Shown here one piece after another: positions 9,753 through 18,700 of a DNA stretch of 64,000 nt; within the stretch, counting starts at the first letter, position 1; each line of letters begins with the position of its first letter. A model generated the notes under the pieces. The model was not told the DNA's origin and did no database searches. It was given only the letters and a program-made list of their open reading frames with translations. The position numbers and the translations under genes are program-made. The DNA is from Bacteroidales bacterium (lineage in GTDB: Bacteria; Bacteroidota; Bacteroidia; Bacteroidales; UBA932): contig JAFZKU010000010.1 of assembly GCA_017551785.1 (NCBI GenBank), positions 3,980 through 67,979 on the forward strand. The letters are read 5' to 3'.

Positions 9753-12145
9753 TGCTTTACAACATTATTACGGGCTTCGTCGCCCCATGTCCATTGTGTC
9801 TTGGTGGCAGTTTCATGAGCAGTATCACTCCAGAACCATTCGTCATATACGCAACGGGTCCAATGCTTGCCGGAGTTATAATTGCTGGCCTGGGAAATTG
9901 TACAAGTTTCTACATTACCATTCGTCAGAGGGAATACAACTCCATTCGCGCTCCAGTATCCACCTGCACTCATCTGACTTTCGGCTGAGAATAGCGCGGG
10001 AATTTTATTCTTTTGCGACAATGTTATCATATAGAAAACTTCTGCTTCCGTAGGAAGTCTCCATCGACCTGCAGGATATCCATCTTCTTGATAAACTGCA
10101 CACCGCCATATGGCATCATTGCGGACCATAGAAGAAGATGTACCAAAGGAAGAAGCGATACGGAAACTTGGCGCAACGAACACTTTGTGGTCATCATCTT
10201 CTGCTGCCGGATAATAATTAGCCATTTTTCGGTCTGTACCTCCTGCGATATCAGCTCCAGTTGCAAAATCACTGGCGGATTTACCAGAAGTGGTGGCAAC
10301 CGGGCTGCTCTGGCGAGGATCGCCGAGAACATATCCGCTCAAAGCACCTTCTGTCGGCAACACAGATGTCTCGACAATATACATATTGAAGTTGGTGTTG
10401 GTACGGTTTGTATTCATACTTGTGTTGGTACGTGTACCGTTGATGAATACATAACCATCTTCAGCAGTGTGTCCTGTTCCGCGGCCAGTTCCCGATGATA
10501 GTATATCTCCAGTATCACTATTATGTTGCGGCCTGATGATAATTGACGGACGCTGCTCTATAATAACATCTGTAAAGTAATTGTCAGCATCATTCAGATG
10601 CCGGATGCGGAAACGCATCGTATAGGGCGCCACATCGAAGTCATTACTTGACATCGTACGGTTCAAAGTATGACTGACTGTAATGGATTCACGCCCACCA
10701 ATTGAAATTGTCCATCCGGATGCACTGACCACAGGGGTCGGAGGGTCATTCTGATAATTCGGACGAACGGCGTTTACGGCAGAAGTATTGAGTGTATTGA
10801 GATAAGGATTATATATGTGCAATTCAGACTCCGTGTAATTAGCTTCATTATTGATATGTGCCGGCTTGTACGCATTGCTTTCATCGACATTGAACCCGAC
10901 CACTTCCACATCATGGCTGGACTGTATGGGTATTGTCAGCACATCTTCATCATAAAGTATATACTCAGTAGTGGGGACATTCAGATATCTGGCCGTAATA
11001 ACCGTCGCGGGGACAGAAGTAACGCTGGTAATCTGCTCAGCAGTAGCATTATCCATCACGCCTTGCCAGTCTGCTATCGCATAATGTATATCCACTTGCG
11101 GAGGATCGGCCTGCTCAGTACCAAGGATCTGCACGTCAATGGAAATGTGATACCAATGGTTGCGCAACAGTTCATTGCCATGGAATGGAATTTTATAGAA
11201 ATACTTCCTTGTAGTATTGCCGTATGTCCACGGGATAATGAGTTTCATGTACGGCTCCATCGCGGAGCTGGTCTCCCAGGCGCAGGGATAGGTGTAGAAG
11301 GGTTTCGCTCCGTCGTGTTCGGTTGAGAAAACCGAAAGGGTTTGAGTTCCGTTCGGACGTTGACGCTGTTTAGTCGTACCTGTGTCATATAGCACTTTGT
11401 CGACATACTGAGAATAGACTACAGGTTCTCCTGAGCCATAGGTAACTGACGCTGTGGCCGGCATGTCTACAGGTTCAGCCCCAAGAGTAGCCTTTCGCAT
11501 GGCATAAACCATATATACCGACATATTGCTGGTATCAGGAGTCCATCCTCCTTCAATATTCGGAGATACCGTAACATCGAAGGTAACTTTTGCTGCCACT
11601 CTGGCAAGACCGATAGTAGCATAAACAGGGGTCTGACCTTGTGCGCTTCCCAGAGTTACTTCCTGCTCTCCAGTCATAACGAAGCTGGCCTGAGGGAGTG
11701 TCTCCCATGTCGGGGCAGGAAGAAGAGAACCCTTGATGTCTGATATTGTCCTGCTGCCTGCCGTTCCGGAGTAACTACCAGAGAAATTGGCCACAACGAA
11801 TACGCCACAATGAGCTCCGGCCGCTATTGTTCCGAATATTCCTTCGATATCGTTGGGGTTGGTCTCAATCTGCACCAGATTACCTGAGCGGATAGCACCA
11901 AGCACTTCCTTGGTAATCTGACCCGTAGTCTCATCGTAGAAGAAAATATCTATGGTATTGGAAACCAGATTCTCGTTCAAAGCGCTGTCTCCATCAAGGG
12001 TGGCCTTGGTCTGAGAATCCTCCAGATAGAGATTGAGTACAATGCCTCCCTTGGCTGTATCGATGAAACCAGTTTCAGGGACACAACCGGAAAGCAGCAA
12101 GGCTACCAATGTGAGTAATAATATTCTAGTTCGCATCGAGTACAA
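9749..12145 (-). CDS. 798-aa fimbrillin-related lipoprotein with a C-terminal WRLPT-motif (DUF1566/FISUMP-like) domain; putative pilus tip adhesin
   Basis: Lipoprotein signal MRTRILLLTLVALLLSGC. N-terminal fimbrillin-like segment (IGLARVAAKVTFDV). The C-terminus has GYPAGRWRLPTEAEVFYM. It overlaps the upstream gene by 20 nt. Confidence 0.55.
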   Translation of the reverse strand: MYSMRTRILLLTLVALLLSGCVPETGFIDTAKGGIVLNLYLEDSQTKATLDGDSALNENLVSNTIDIFFYDETTGQITKEVLGAIRSGNLVQIETNPNDIEGIFGTIAAGAHCGVFVVANFSGSYSGTAGSRTISDIKGSLLPAPTWETLPQASFVMTGEQEVTLGSAQGQTPVYATIGLARVAAKVTFDVTVSPNIEGGWTPDTSNMSVYMVYAMRKATLGAEPVDMPATASVTYGSGEPVVYSQYVDKVLYDTGTTKQRQRPNGTQTLSVFSTEHDGAKPFYTYPCAWETSSAMEPYMKLIIPWTYGNTTRKYFYKIPFHGNELLRNHWYHISIDVQILGTEQADPPQVDIHYAIADWQGVMDNATAEQITSVTSVPATVITARYLNVPTTEYILYDEDVLTIPIQSSHDVEVVGFNVDESNAYKPAHINNEANYTESELHIYNPYLNTLNTSAVNAVRPNYQNDPPTPVVSASGWTISIGGRESITVSHTLNRTMSSNDFDVAPYTMRFRIRHLNDADNYFTDVIIEQRPSIIIRPQHNSDTGDILSSGTGRGTGHTAEDGYVFINGTRTNTSMNTNRTNTNFNMYIVETSVLPTEGALSGYVLGDPRQSSPVATTSGKSASDFATGADIAGGTDRKMANYYPAAEDDDHKVFVAPSFRIASSFGTSSSMVRNDAIWRCAVYQEDGYPAGRWRLPTEAEVFYMITLSQKNKIPALFSAESQMSAGGYWSANGVVFPLTNGNVETCTISQASNYNSGKHWTRCVYDEWFWSDTAHETATKTQWTWGDEARNNVVKQ

Positions 12146-13751
12146 GTCTTATATTTTTTCTATTGAATTCTGAGTCGGCATCGTGCCATTCCCCGTTAAA
12201 GAAGATTGCTACATTGAAGAACAGGGTCTGGGTCGAGCTCGGTGAGAGATCGGGATTCACACTCACGGTAAACTCCGCCTTGCCGTTTTCAGTATTGACG
12301 TCGATGTCTCCGGAGGTGGGTTCAATGACGAAGTATTGTGCCGCGGACATAGGATATGCAGTCACCTGCCAGCGGCCTGATGTGGGCGCTTCGATGTAGA
12401 AACGGCCTTGGAGGACTTCGTTGCGGGTGGTGAATCGCATGGTCTTGGCAGACCATTCGTCGGTTGTAGGTTCCACTATGTATTGTTCTGTGGTAGGGTT
12501 GTAGCGGTAGAAGGCAAGCACACCATCCTTGAAAGTACCACTTCGCGCCGAAATAGAGCGGTTTGAATAGTCCCAGTCGTATTCCTCATACTCCCAAGGA
12601 AGCACTCTGGTGTATATGTCGAGAGAACTCTTCTTGAACTGGAGGGTGAACTCATACTTGACTCCGGCATCCATACCGGTCGAATTGGTTTTGAAGAAGT
12701 TCTGTTTGTTCAGCACGACATGGGCAGTCAGTTCGTCGGAATCGCTGATGACTGTTTCGTTATTTACTTCCCTTATTGTGCGGACCTTGTAGACAATTTC
12801 CAATGACGCCGGTGTGGTCGCATCCGAGAGTTCCGCATAGGTCTGGGGCCACATCAGAAGGAAGTTCTGCATAAGGATATTCTCTATTTTCGCATCCTTG
12901 TTGACAAACTCGTATCCATAATCTTCTCCGCTATAAGTATAAAGCGGAACATCTACAGACGACAGATTAGCATTCTGGACAGTAGGAGTCGCTGTCTTGA
13001 AGTCGATAGTGGCGCTGCGGCGGTTCTTCATGCCGGTGAGGGTTACCGATTTGATTACAACTGAGTTGCCGGAAGTGTTCATCACCGTCAACTTGAATGC
13101 TGAGAACAGGTGTTTCAGCTGCATGGGCACTACTGAGCCGGGAACACGGGTAGCAGCATCGATGCTGACGACATCCGAATAAGAGAAGTCGAACTGAGGA
13201 GTATAACCGCTCACAACCATATCCTGCGAAGGGCCCATGGTTGTCGTCGGGATAGAAAGGACGCGGGTAGATTCGTCAAAATAAGGCTGTCCGTTGCCGA
13301 ATAGCTGGGTTATATCCATACTCGGGATATAATTACCATCAGCTGCCAGCCATCCGAAGAAGCTGTGAACGCCGCTCTTAGTCCACGGATAAGTAGTGGC
13401 AGGGTCGCAGTAAGGCCAATAAGTAGTTGTCTGCGAATCAAAGGCGATCTTGTTAGTGAAGTACTTCACCGTCTGGCTTGAAGTGACCGGACTACCATTG
13501 ATCTGGCCGTCGAAACCGGAGATATAGTCATATACCTTGATCTGCGTACCGTTCTCCGAAAGGTTGTTGGAATTGATAAGAGCCTTCGTCGAAAGGATCG
13601 ACGGCGCAAACACGATATCCTCCGCCGGCTCTTTCTCCAGAGGGTCCGTGGGGTCCAGTGTCTCCACACGGGTGCAACTCTGCAGCAGCGCCAGCAGACA
13701 AACTGTCAGCCCGATCGCTAAGCTTCTAATATATATAGGTATCTTTTTCAT
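12126..13751 (-). CDS. 541-aa fimbrillin-family lipoprotein with an extra C-terminal domain
   Basis: The ORF track starts at 13901, but the lipoprotein signal MKKIPIYIRSLAIGLTVCLLALLQSC begins at the ATG at 13751. It shares the paralog motif (VPMQLKHLFSAFKLTV). Confidence 0.6.
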   Translation of the reverse strand: MKKIPIYIRSLAIGLTVCLLALLQSCTRVETLDPTDPLEKEPAEDIVFAPSILSTKALINSNNLSENGTQIKVYDYISGFDGQINGSPVTSSQTVKYFTNKIAFDSQTTTYWPYCDPATTYPWTKSGVHSFFGWLAADGNYIPSMDITQLFGNGQPYFDESTRVLSIPTTTMGPSQDMVVSGYTPQFDFSYSDVVSIDAATRVPGSVVPMQLKHLFSAFKLTVMNTSGNSVVIKSVTLTGMKNRRSATIDFKTATPTVQNANLSSVDVPLYTYSGEDYGYEFVNKDAKIENILMQNFLLMWPQTYAELSDATTPASLEIVYKVRTIREVNNETVISDSDELTAHVVLNKQNFFKTNSTGMDAGVKYEFTLQFKKSSLDIYTRVLPWEYEEYDWDYSNRSISARSGTFKDGVLAFYRYNPTTEQYIVEPTTDEWSAKTMRFTTRNEVLQGRFYIEAPTSGRWQVTAYPMSAAQYFVIEPTSGDIDVNTENGKAEFTVSVNPDLSPSSTQTLFFNVAIFFNGEWHDADSEFNRKNIRLVLDAN

Positions 13752-13762
13752 ATTTGTGACCT

Positions 13763-13782
13763 GGAGCGGTATCACCCGCTCC
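13763..13782 (-). promoter_or_regulatory. Intercistronic stem-loop followed on the transcript by GGTCACAAA
   Basis: GGAGCGG (13763-13769) / CCGCTCC (13776-13782) is a perfect 7-bp stem with a 6-nt loop. The adjacent plus-strand TTTGTGACC is also found at two other intergenic sites of the operon. Confidence 0.4.
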
Positions 13783-13803
13783 AAGCCTATAAGGTTCTTC
13801 AAC

Positions 13804-14964
13804 TTACATGCCAAGTGAAATGTCGATGTTGGTTCCGTAAGTCTTTGCTTCCCAAGCGTCAACTGCAGGGTCGAAGGTGATCTGCTGACCGGCAGGGCCA
13901 AGGGTGATGTTGTAAGTGACGAACTGGTTCATCTGCCATGCGAATACAGAAGTGTTGGCGTCGCCGCTGTCGATAAGAAGGTCGGCTGAGAACACTTTGT
14001 CGCTCTGAGTCAGATAAGGATCAGAAGGATAATTCTCAGGATATACCCAATCATTGTTGGCATCCTGAGTTGCTGTCATACGATAAGCCTTGATAGTGAC
14101 TTTGAGGCTGATCTTCTGCTGGTCAGCAACAAGGGTCTGAGGAAGTGCATAGAACGGACCGATTACAGTCTGACCCTGGTTGGGAACGAGGTTGCGCAGC
14201 TGAACATCCTTATAAAGAGTATTATCTGTGTCGTTAGTGATGGTCTTATCAGCATTCCATACTTTGTATCCATCAGTGTCCTCAGGTTTAGTCCAGGGAA
14301 TGATGCCGTGATCAGTGCCTGAGAGGGTGAGTACGCAGCTACCTTTGGTGTAGAGACCTGAGAGAACTACCTGAGAAAGTGATACTTCCCATTTGGTCTT
14401 TGTGTGGCTGACGGCATCTTCTTTCTCATTTTCGCCGAGGATCACATTGATCTTAACCTGGGCACCGGCGTGACGGAAGAAAGTGGGAACACCACCGCGG
14501 GCGCTTACACCATCTTCAACCTGGTTGGCATTGTCAGTATAGCCGACAGCCTTGTCAGCATACATGAAATCGGTCTGGTTAGCAGTAAAGTCAATGTCGC
14601 TGTAAGTAATTTTGTTCTGCTGAACGGCAGGAACACCTGTATTGACAGGATAGTAGCAGAAGAAATCTACAGCCTGATTCTTAGGCCAGTAGTAAGGAGT
14701 AGTAGTGGTCCATACGTCATGGGTTTCGTTGTATGAAACCGTCTCGTTGTTGATGAAATAATCGCCTGAAGTACCTGCAGTCCATGCATAAGCACCGAAG
14801 ACTTCGGTTTTAGGGAATTCTGAACCGGTAACCTTTGTTCCATTAACATAGTTAGCGGCGAGGAATGAGATAGTGTTGTCATTTGCAACCGGCACCAGTT
14901 CACTCTTGGTGCAAGAGATTGCGAGAGTTGCAGCCATAGCTGCGAGAACGATGAAACGTTTCAT
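13804..14964 (-). CDS. Fimbrillin-family (type V pilus, Mfa/FimA-like) lipoprotein, paralog 7
   Basis: Signal MKRFIVLAAMAATLAISC. Motifs ISFLAANYVNGTKV, PTFFRHAGAQVKINV, and C-terminal ITFDPAVDAWE, shared with the neighbouring paralogs. Confidence 0.75.
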   Translation of the reverse strand: MKRFIVLAAMAATLAISCTKSELVPVANDNTISFLAANYVNGTKVTGSEFPKTEVFGAYAWTAGTSGDYFINNETVSYNETHDVWTTTTPYYWPKNQAVDFFCYYPVNTGVPAVQQNKITYSDIDFTANQTDFMYADKAVGYTDNANQVEDGVSARGGVPTFFRHAGAQVKINVILGENEKEDAVSHTKTKWEVSLSQVVLSGLYTKGSCVLTLSGTDHGIIPWTKPEDTDGYKVWNADKTITNDTDNTLYKDVQLRNLVPNQGQTVIGPFYALPQTLVADQQKISLKVTIKAYRMTATQDANNDWVYPENYPSDPYLTQSDKVFSADLLIDSGDANTSVFAWQMNQFVTYNITLGPAGQQITFDPAVDAWEAKTYGTNIDISLGM

Positions 14965-14999
14965 TAGTGTGTTGATTTTTAGGTTGTTATATTAATAAT

Positions 15000-16124
15000 T
15001 TATAGTTGTATACTAGTTGTTAATTCTATGCTTTCCCAATCGTCGACGGCAGGGTCGAAGTAAACTACTGTAGGCACCTGGTCTTCCAGTCCGTCACCGT
15101 CCAGGTCCTGTCCAGAGTTCTCTGCATGGCTCGGGGCAAGAACAAAGGTGTAAGTTATGTTCTGGTTGATGCCCCAGCCGGAGATTGCCGAAGTCTTGAG
15201 GTATGCTCCGACGTGGACATGGCTTTCTGTCAGGAAGAGATAGTAACCTTCGCCATTGTCTCTCCATGTACGGATAGTGACTTCCATATCTACCATCTGC
15301 GAAGTGCCGAAGGCTTGCGGCAGAACCATCTGAGGTGAGCCGACCACATGGAGTTCAGTATTCTCCAGCATCGGCAGCTGCGAGCAGTCCAGAGTGATGT
15401 CGGCCGGATCGCCGGATACAGTCCATGCATTGGTAGCAGGCTTATCCCACTCTTTGCCGTCCTCACCGAGATTAAGCGTCAGGCTGCCCTTGCTGTAGAT
15501 GTCTGTAAACTTGATGTTGTGGACAGTCACATCCCAGCGCGTCTTGTCATTGTCAGCGACCACAACTTCGTCATATGCCAGACGCAACTTCACTCCTACC
15601 CTCGCCAATGCGTGGTGGAAGAGGGTCGGCACTCCGTTGTAGTAGTATGTGGTCACAGGCGCAGTCATGCCAGGAGCTTTAGTAGCGTACATCAGGTCGA
15701 CGCCTTCGTTCTCTCCCATATCCCAGTCAGTCCAGCTGATGCTGCTTTCAGCAACCGTAGGACCGCTGTCGGCAGAGAACGGAGAGTAGCAGATGAAGTC
15801 CAGCGAACCGCCCTTCGGCCAGTAATAAGCAGCCCCGGCCGGCTTCCAGACATTGCCGTCGAATATTACTTTCTCATTTGTCATGAAGTCGGTATTGTCC
15901 GCATCTGTATCGCCCTTGTACCATGCATACGCGCCGAACGGAGTGTCGTCGTCATATTCGGACACTTTGACGTCTGCACGGGTCTTGACCACAGAATGTC
16001 TGGCCACCTGGAACGATATCAAGCGGGCCGGAGCATCCATTTCAGTCCGGGCGCAAGACACCATCCCCGCGGCTATGAACACCGCAGCCAGCACAATCCA
16101 TATGGCAGTCCTAAGCGACTTCAC
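15000..16124 (-). CDS. Fimbrillin-family lipoprotein, paralog 6
   Basis: Signal ...AAGMVSC. Motifs ISFQVARHSVVKTRA, PTLFHHALARVGVKL, VYFDPAVDDWE. Confidence 0.75.
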   Translation of the reverse strand: MKSLRTAIWIVLAAVFIAAGMVSCARTEMDAPARLISFQVARHSVVKTRADVKVSEYDDDTPFGAYAWYKGDTDADNTDFMTNEKVIFDGNVWKPAGAAYYWPKGGSLDFICYSPFSADSGPTVAESSISWTDWDMGENEGVDLMYATKAPGMTAPVTTYYYNGVPTLFHHALARVGVKLRLAYDEVVVADNDKTRWDVTVHNIKFTDIYSKGSLTLNLGEDGKEWDKPATNAWTVSGDPADITLDCSQLPMLENTELHVVGSPQMVLPQAFGTSQMVDMEVTIRTWRDNGEGYYLFLTESHVHVGAYLKTSAISGWGINQNITYTFVLAPSHAENSGQDLDGDGLEDQVPTVVYFDPAVDDWESIELTTSIQL

Positions 16125-16143
16125 GATTGGGGGTCAGAATTTA

Positions 16144-17385
16144 TTAGTCGTTTTCGTTAAGATTAACATCTGAAGAATAAACATCGGCCCATGCAACAAC
16201 TGCAGGGTCGAAGGTAACGGTCTGAGTTGCATACGGGTTGATGGAAATTCTATAGGTAATATTCTGGTTTTCCTTCCATTCAGTAATTGTTCCGTTGTTG
16301 AGACGAACGGTAGAAGTCACAGATTCAGTTGCCCAGTAGCCCTCATCGGTCTCAGTGATTGTTGAGGGAACGCTGGTGTAGTGAAGCTTGATGGTGTATG
16401 CAACTACGAGCACCTGATCGGTGGTAGTAGCGACATTCACCGGCTTATTGTTTGCATCGAGAGTTGTGAGGAGAGCCTGCGGAAGAAGGATACGGCTCTT
16501 GCCGAGGGCTGTATAATTGTCTGTAGCAAGAACATTGGCTTCAACAGTACCGTCAATCATTTCAAGAGAAAGGGTGCTGGAGGGAGCGAAGTCATAATCG
16601 GCAACGCTGGTGTGGTCTGAAGCCCAGCTGGGAGTGGCCGGAGTTGTGGTGGCCGGAGTCTGGGTGAATGAGCCTTTATTGTCGATATTCTTGATATCCA
16701 CATCGGTAACATCGATCACGATTCTGTCGACGTTGGGGTTCTTGCGGCCGATGGCGCGGAATGCGAAATTGATCTGGCAGAGGGCGTGGTTGAAGATGGT
16801 GGGAACGCCTTTATATCCATGGTCAGTAGTATTAGTTAACTGGTCATCAGTAACTAAAGTACCATCTGAATTATAATCCTTTGAGCAATTGGCGGCAAGA
16901 TTGGCATACATCAGGTCAACGTTGGTATTGTCGACAATAGTATAATTATTGAAAAGGAAACCTTTGTTAACATTATATTCTGGAACTCCAGAGAAACCAT
17001 CGGTAGCTGTGTTATCTCCAGTTGTATAAGGAGAATAAGAAGCAAAGGTAATCTTACCGGTTTTTGTCCAGTAATAAGTAGTGTTAGGGGCCCATTTTGC
17101 AACCTCAGTGTCAGTGGCGTTAGAGTGAATAATCTGCTCATTATTCATGAAGACATATGTCTGGTCAGCAGCTATACCAGTCCAATCACCGCTTGTCCAC
17201 CATGCGAAAGTTCCGAAAGGAACACCAACGGGATACTCAAGACCTGCTGTGGCCTTGGTCTGCTGAAGATGGTTGATGACACTGAAAGAGATGGGAGTTT
17301 CAACAGTGCTCTCCACTGTCTCGATCTTGGTGCAGGCTGCCAAGACTGTCAAGGCAGCAGCTGCGAGGATGAAATACTTTTTCAT
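16144..17385 (-). CDS. Fimbrillin-family lipoprotein, paralog 5
   Basis: Signal MKKYFILAAAALTVLAAC. Motifs ISFSVINHLQQTKA, PTIFNHALCQINFAF, VTFDPAVVAWAD. Confidence 0.75.
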   Translation of the reverse strand: MKKYFILAAAALTVLAACTKIETVESTVETPISFSVINHLQQTKATAGLEYPVGVPFGTFAWWTSGDWTGIAADQTYVFMNNEQIIHSNATDTEVAKWAPNTTYYWTKTGKITFASYSPYTTGDNTATDGFSGVPEYNVNKGFLFNNYTIVDNTNVDLMYANLAANCSKDYNSDGTLVTDDQLTNTTDHGYKGVPTIFNHALCQINFAFRAIGRKNPNVDRIVIDVTDVDIKNIDNKGSFTQTPATTTPATPSWASDHTSVADYDFAPSSTLSLEMIDGTVEANVLATDNYTALGKSRILLPQALLTTLDANNKPVNVATTTDQVLVVAYTIKLHYTSVPSTITETDEGYWATESVTSTVRLNNGTITEWKENQNITYRISINPYATQTVTFDPAVVAWADVYSSDVNLNEND

Positions 17386-17437
17386 TCTGTTTTGATTTTT
17401 TAGTTGTTATTGTTTGTTCATTTTACTTTCACTTTGT

Positions 17438-17467
17438 GACCGGAGGCAGGGTCAGCCGCCCCCGGCC
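17438..17467 (-). promoter_or_regulatory. Intercistronic stem-loop plus GGTCACAAA box
   Basis: CCGGAGGC (17440-17447) / GCCCCCGG (17458-17465) with one mismatch and a 10-nt loop, preceded on the plus strand by TTTGTGAC. Homologous to the element at 18666-18689. Confidence 0.4.
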
Positions 17468-17473
17468 TAAATA

Positions 17474-18607
17474 TTATTCTGATACAGGAACATTGATGTC
17501 TCTAGCAGTTTCGCTACTCCATGACTCAACTGCAGGATCGAAGCGTACTTTCTGTGTAACAGGATCGATAATCACGTTATAAGTAATTTTCGTATTCATG
17601 TTCCAGCTTGCAAGAGCTGTGCTGACAAGTTGATCCAATTTTTTAGTTACGGTAAGATTCTCTTCCATAAATGCGACATCCCCATGCTTGGCAGTCACCT
17701 TGTAATTGAGAGTGAAGTCAATCGCATTTGTAAGCTGGGGCATCATAGTACGTTCATCAAGGAGAGATACAGCAGTGGTTTCATGCGTATCAACATCCAT
17801 AGTCATTGTAGGAGTGAGGAAACTAACTGTCTCGGTAGTACTCTCACCGGTTGCTGCCACCCACCTGTAAGCAGTAGCATAAGCACTTTCGGCTTCCGGA
17901 GCATACTGGACTGTACCTTTTGAACCAGGATCTGCGGCTTTCATAACAAGAGTACCAGTCTTTTTTACGACTATGTTAGAGAGTTTCGTATCGGCATTAA
18001 GAATCTCAACAACCCATGTAGTATTTGCAGACTCATTAGCCGCAGCTGTAGCAAGTTTTACAGTGAAATTCACACGGCTCAGAAGGTGGCGGAACATGGT
18101 CGGAACTCCTTCTGTAATTCCATCCTTTCCATATGCATCGCCATTCGTACTACTGGTCACATTTGCAGTATAACGGTATGCTGCATCTGCGAGCAAGTAG
18201 TTATCAGCGCTTGTAATAGTTTTGTTAGAATAAGTAACTGTTGCTCCATTATCAGAGTATGTAGGAGTACCAGTACCTGCATATGAGAAGAAGTTAACAT
18301 AACCTGTCTTCGGCCAGAAATAATCGTCATCGGCACCCCAGAAGTCAGTTTTGTATTTTATGAGTTCATTGTTCATAAAAGTCTGAGCTGATCCCGATGA
18401 AGGGATATACCATGCATACGTGTTAAACTGATTGTAACCTTCTTTAAGGAGACCACCATCCTGATAATCAGCCTTGGTTTGTACACTGTAATTAGCAACC
18501 TCAAAAGAGATTTTCTTGAGAGTGTCAGGAGTGTTTGCAACTTCCATCTTGGTGCAGGCGGTGAGCGCTACCAGCGCGGCGGCTGCGAGTACGAAATACT
18601 TTTTCAT
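17474..18607 (-). CDS. Fimbrillin-family lipoprotein, paralog 4
   Basis: Signal MKKYFVLAAAALVALTAC. Motifs ISFEVANYSVQTKA, PTMFRHLLSRVNFTV, VRFDPAVESW. Confidence 0.75.
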   Translation of the reverse strand: MKKYFVLAAAALVALTACTKMEVANTPDTLKKISFEVANYSVQTKADYQDGGLLKEGYNQFNTYAWYIPSSGSAQTFMNNELIKYKTDFWGADDDYFWPKTGYVNFFSYAGTGTPTYSDNGATVTYSNKTITSADNYLLADAAYRYTANVTSSTNGDAYGKDGITEGVPTMFRHLLSRVNFTVKLATAAANESANTTWVVEILNADTKLSNIVVKKTGTLVMKAADPGSKGTVQYAPEAESAYATAYRWVAATGESTTETVSFLTPTMTMDVDTHETTAVSLLDERTMMPQLTNAIDFTLNYKVTAKHGDVAFMEENLTVTKKLDQLVSTALASWNMNTKITYNVIIDPVTQKVRFDPAVESWSSETARDINVPVSE

Positions 18608-18665
18608 AGTCTTTTGATTTTTTAGTTTGTTATTGTTTGTTACTTATTGATTTTCAATTTGTGAC

Positions 18666-18689
18666 CCGGGGCAGGATCAGCCGCCCCGG
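18666..18689 (-). promoter_or_regulatory. Intercistronic stem-loop plus GGTCACAAA box
   Basis: CCGGGGC (18666-18672) / GCCCCGG (18683-18689) is a perfect 7-bp stem with loop AGGATCAGCC, preceded on the plus strand by TTTGTGAC. Confidence 0.4.
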
Positions 18690-18700
18690 ACCTATGTTGC

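Noticed and set aside
17438-18689. The intercistronic GC hairpins as canonical rho-independent terminators
   Set aside because: In transcript orientation they are followed by GGTCACAAA rather than a U-tract, so I report them as candidate processing or attenuation elements.
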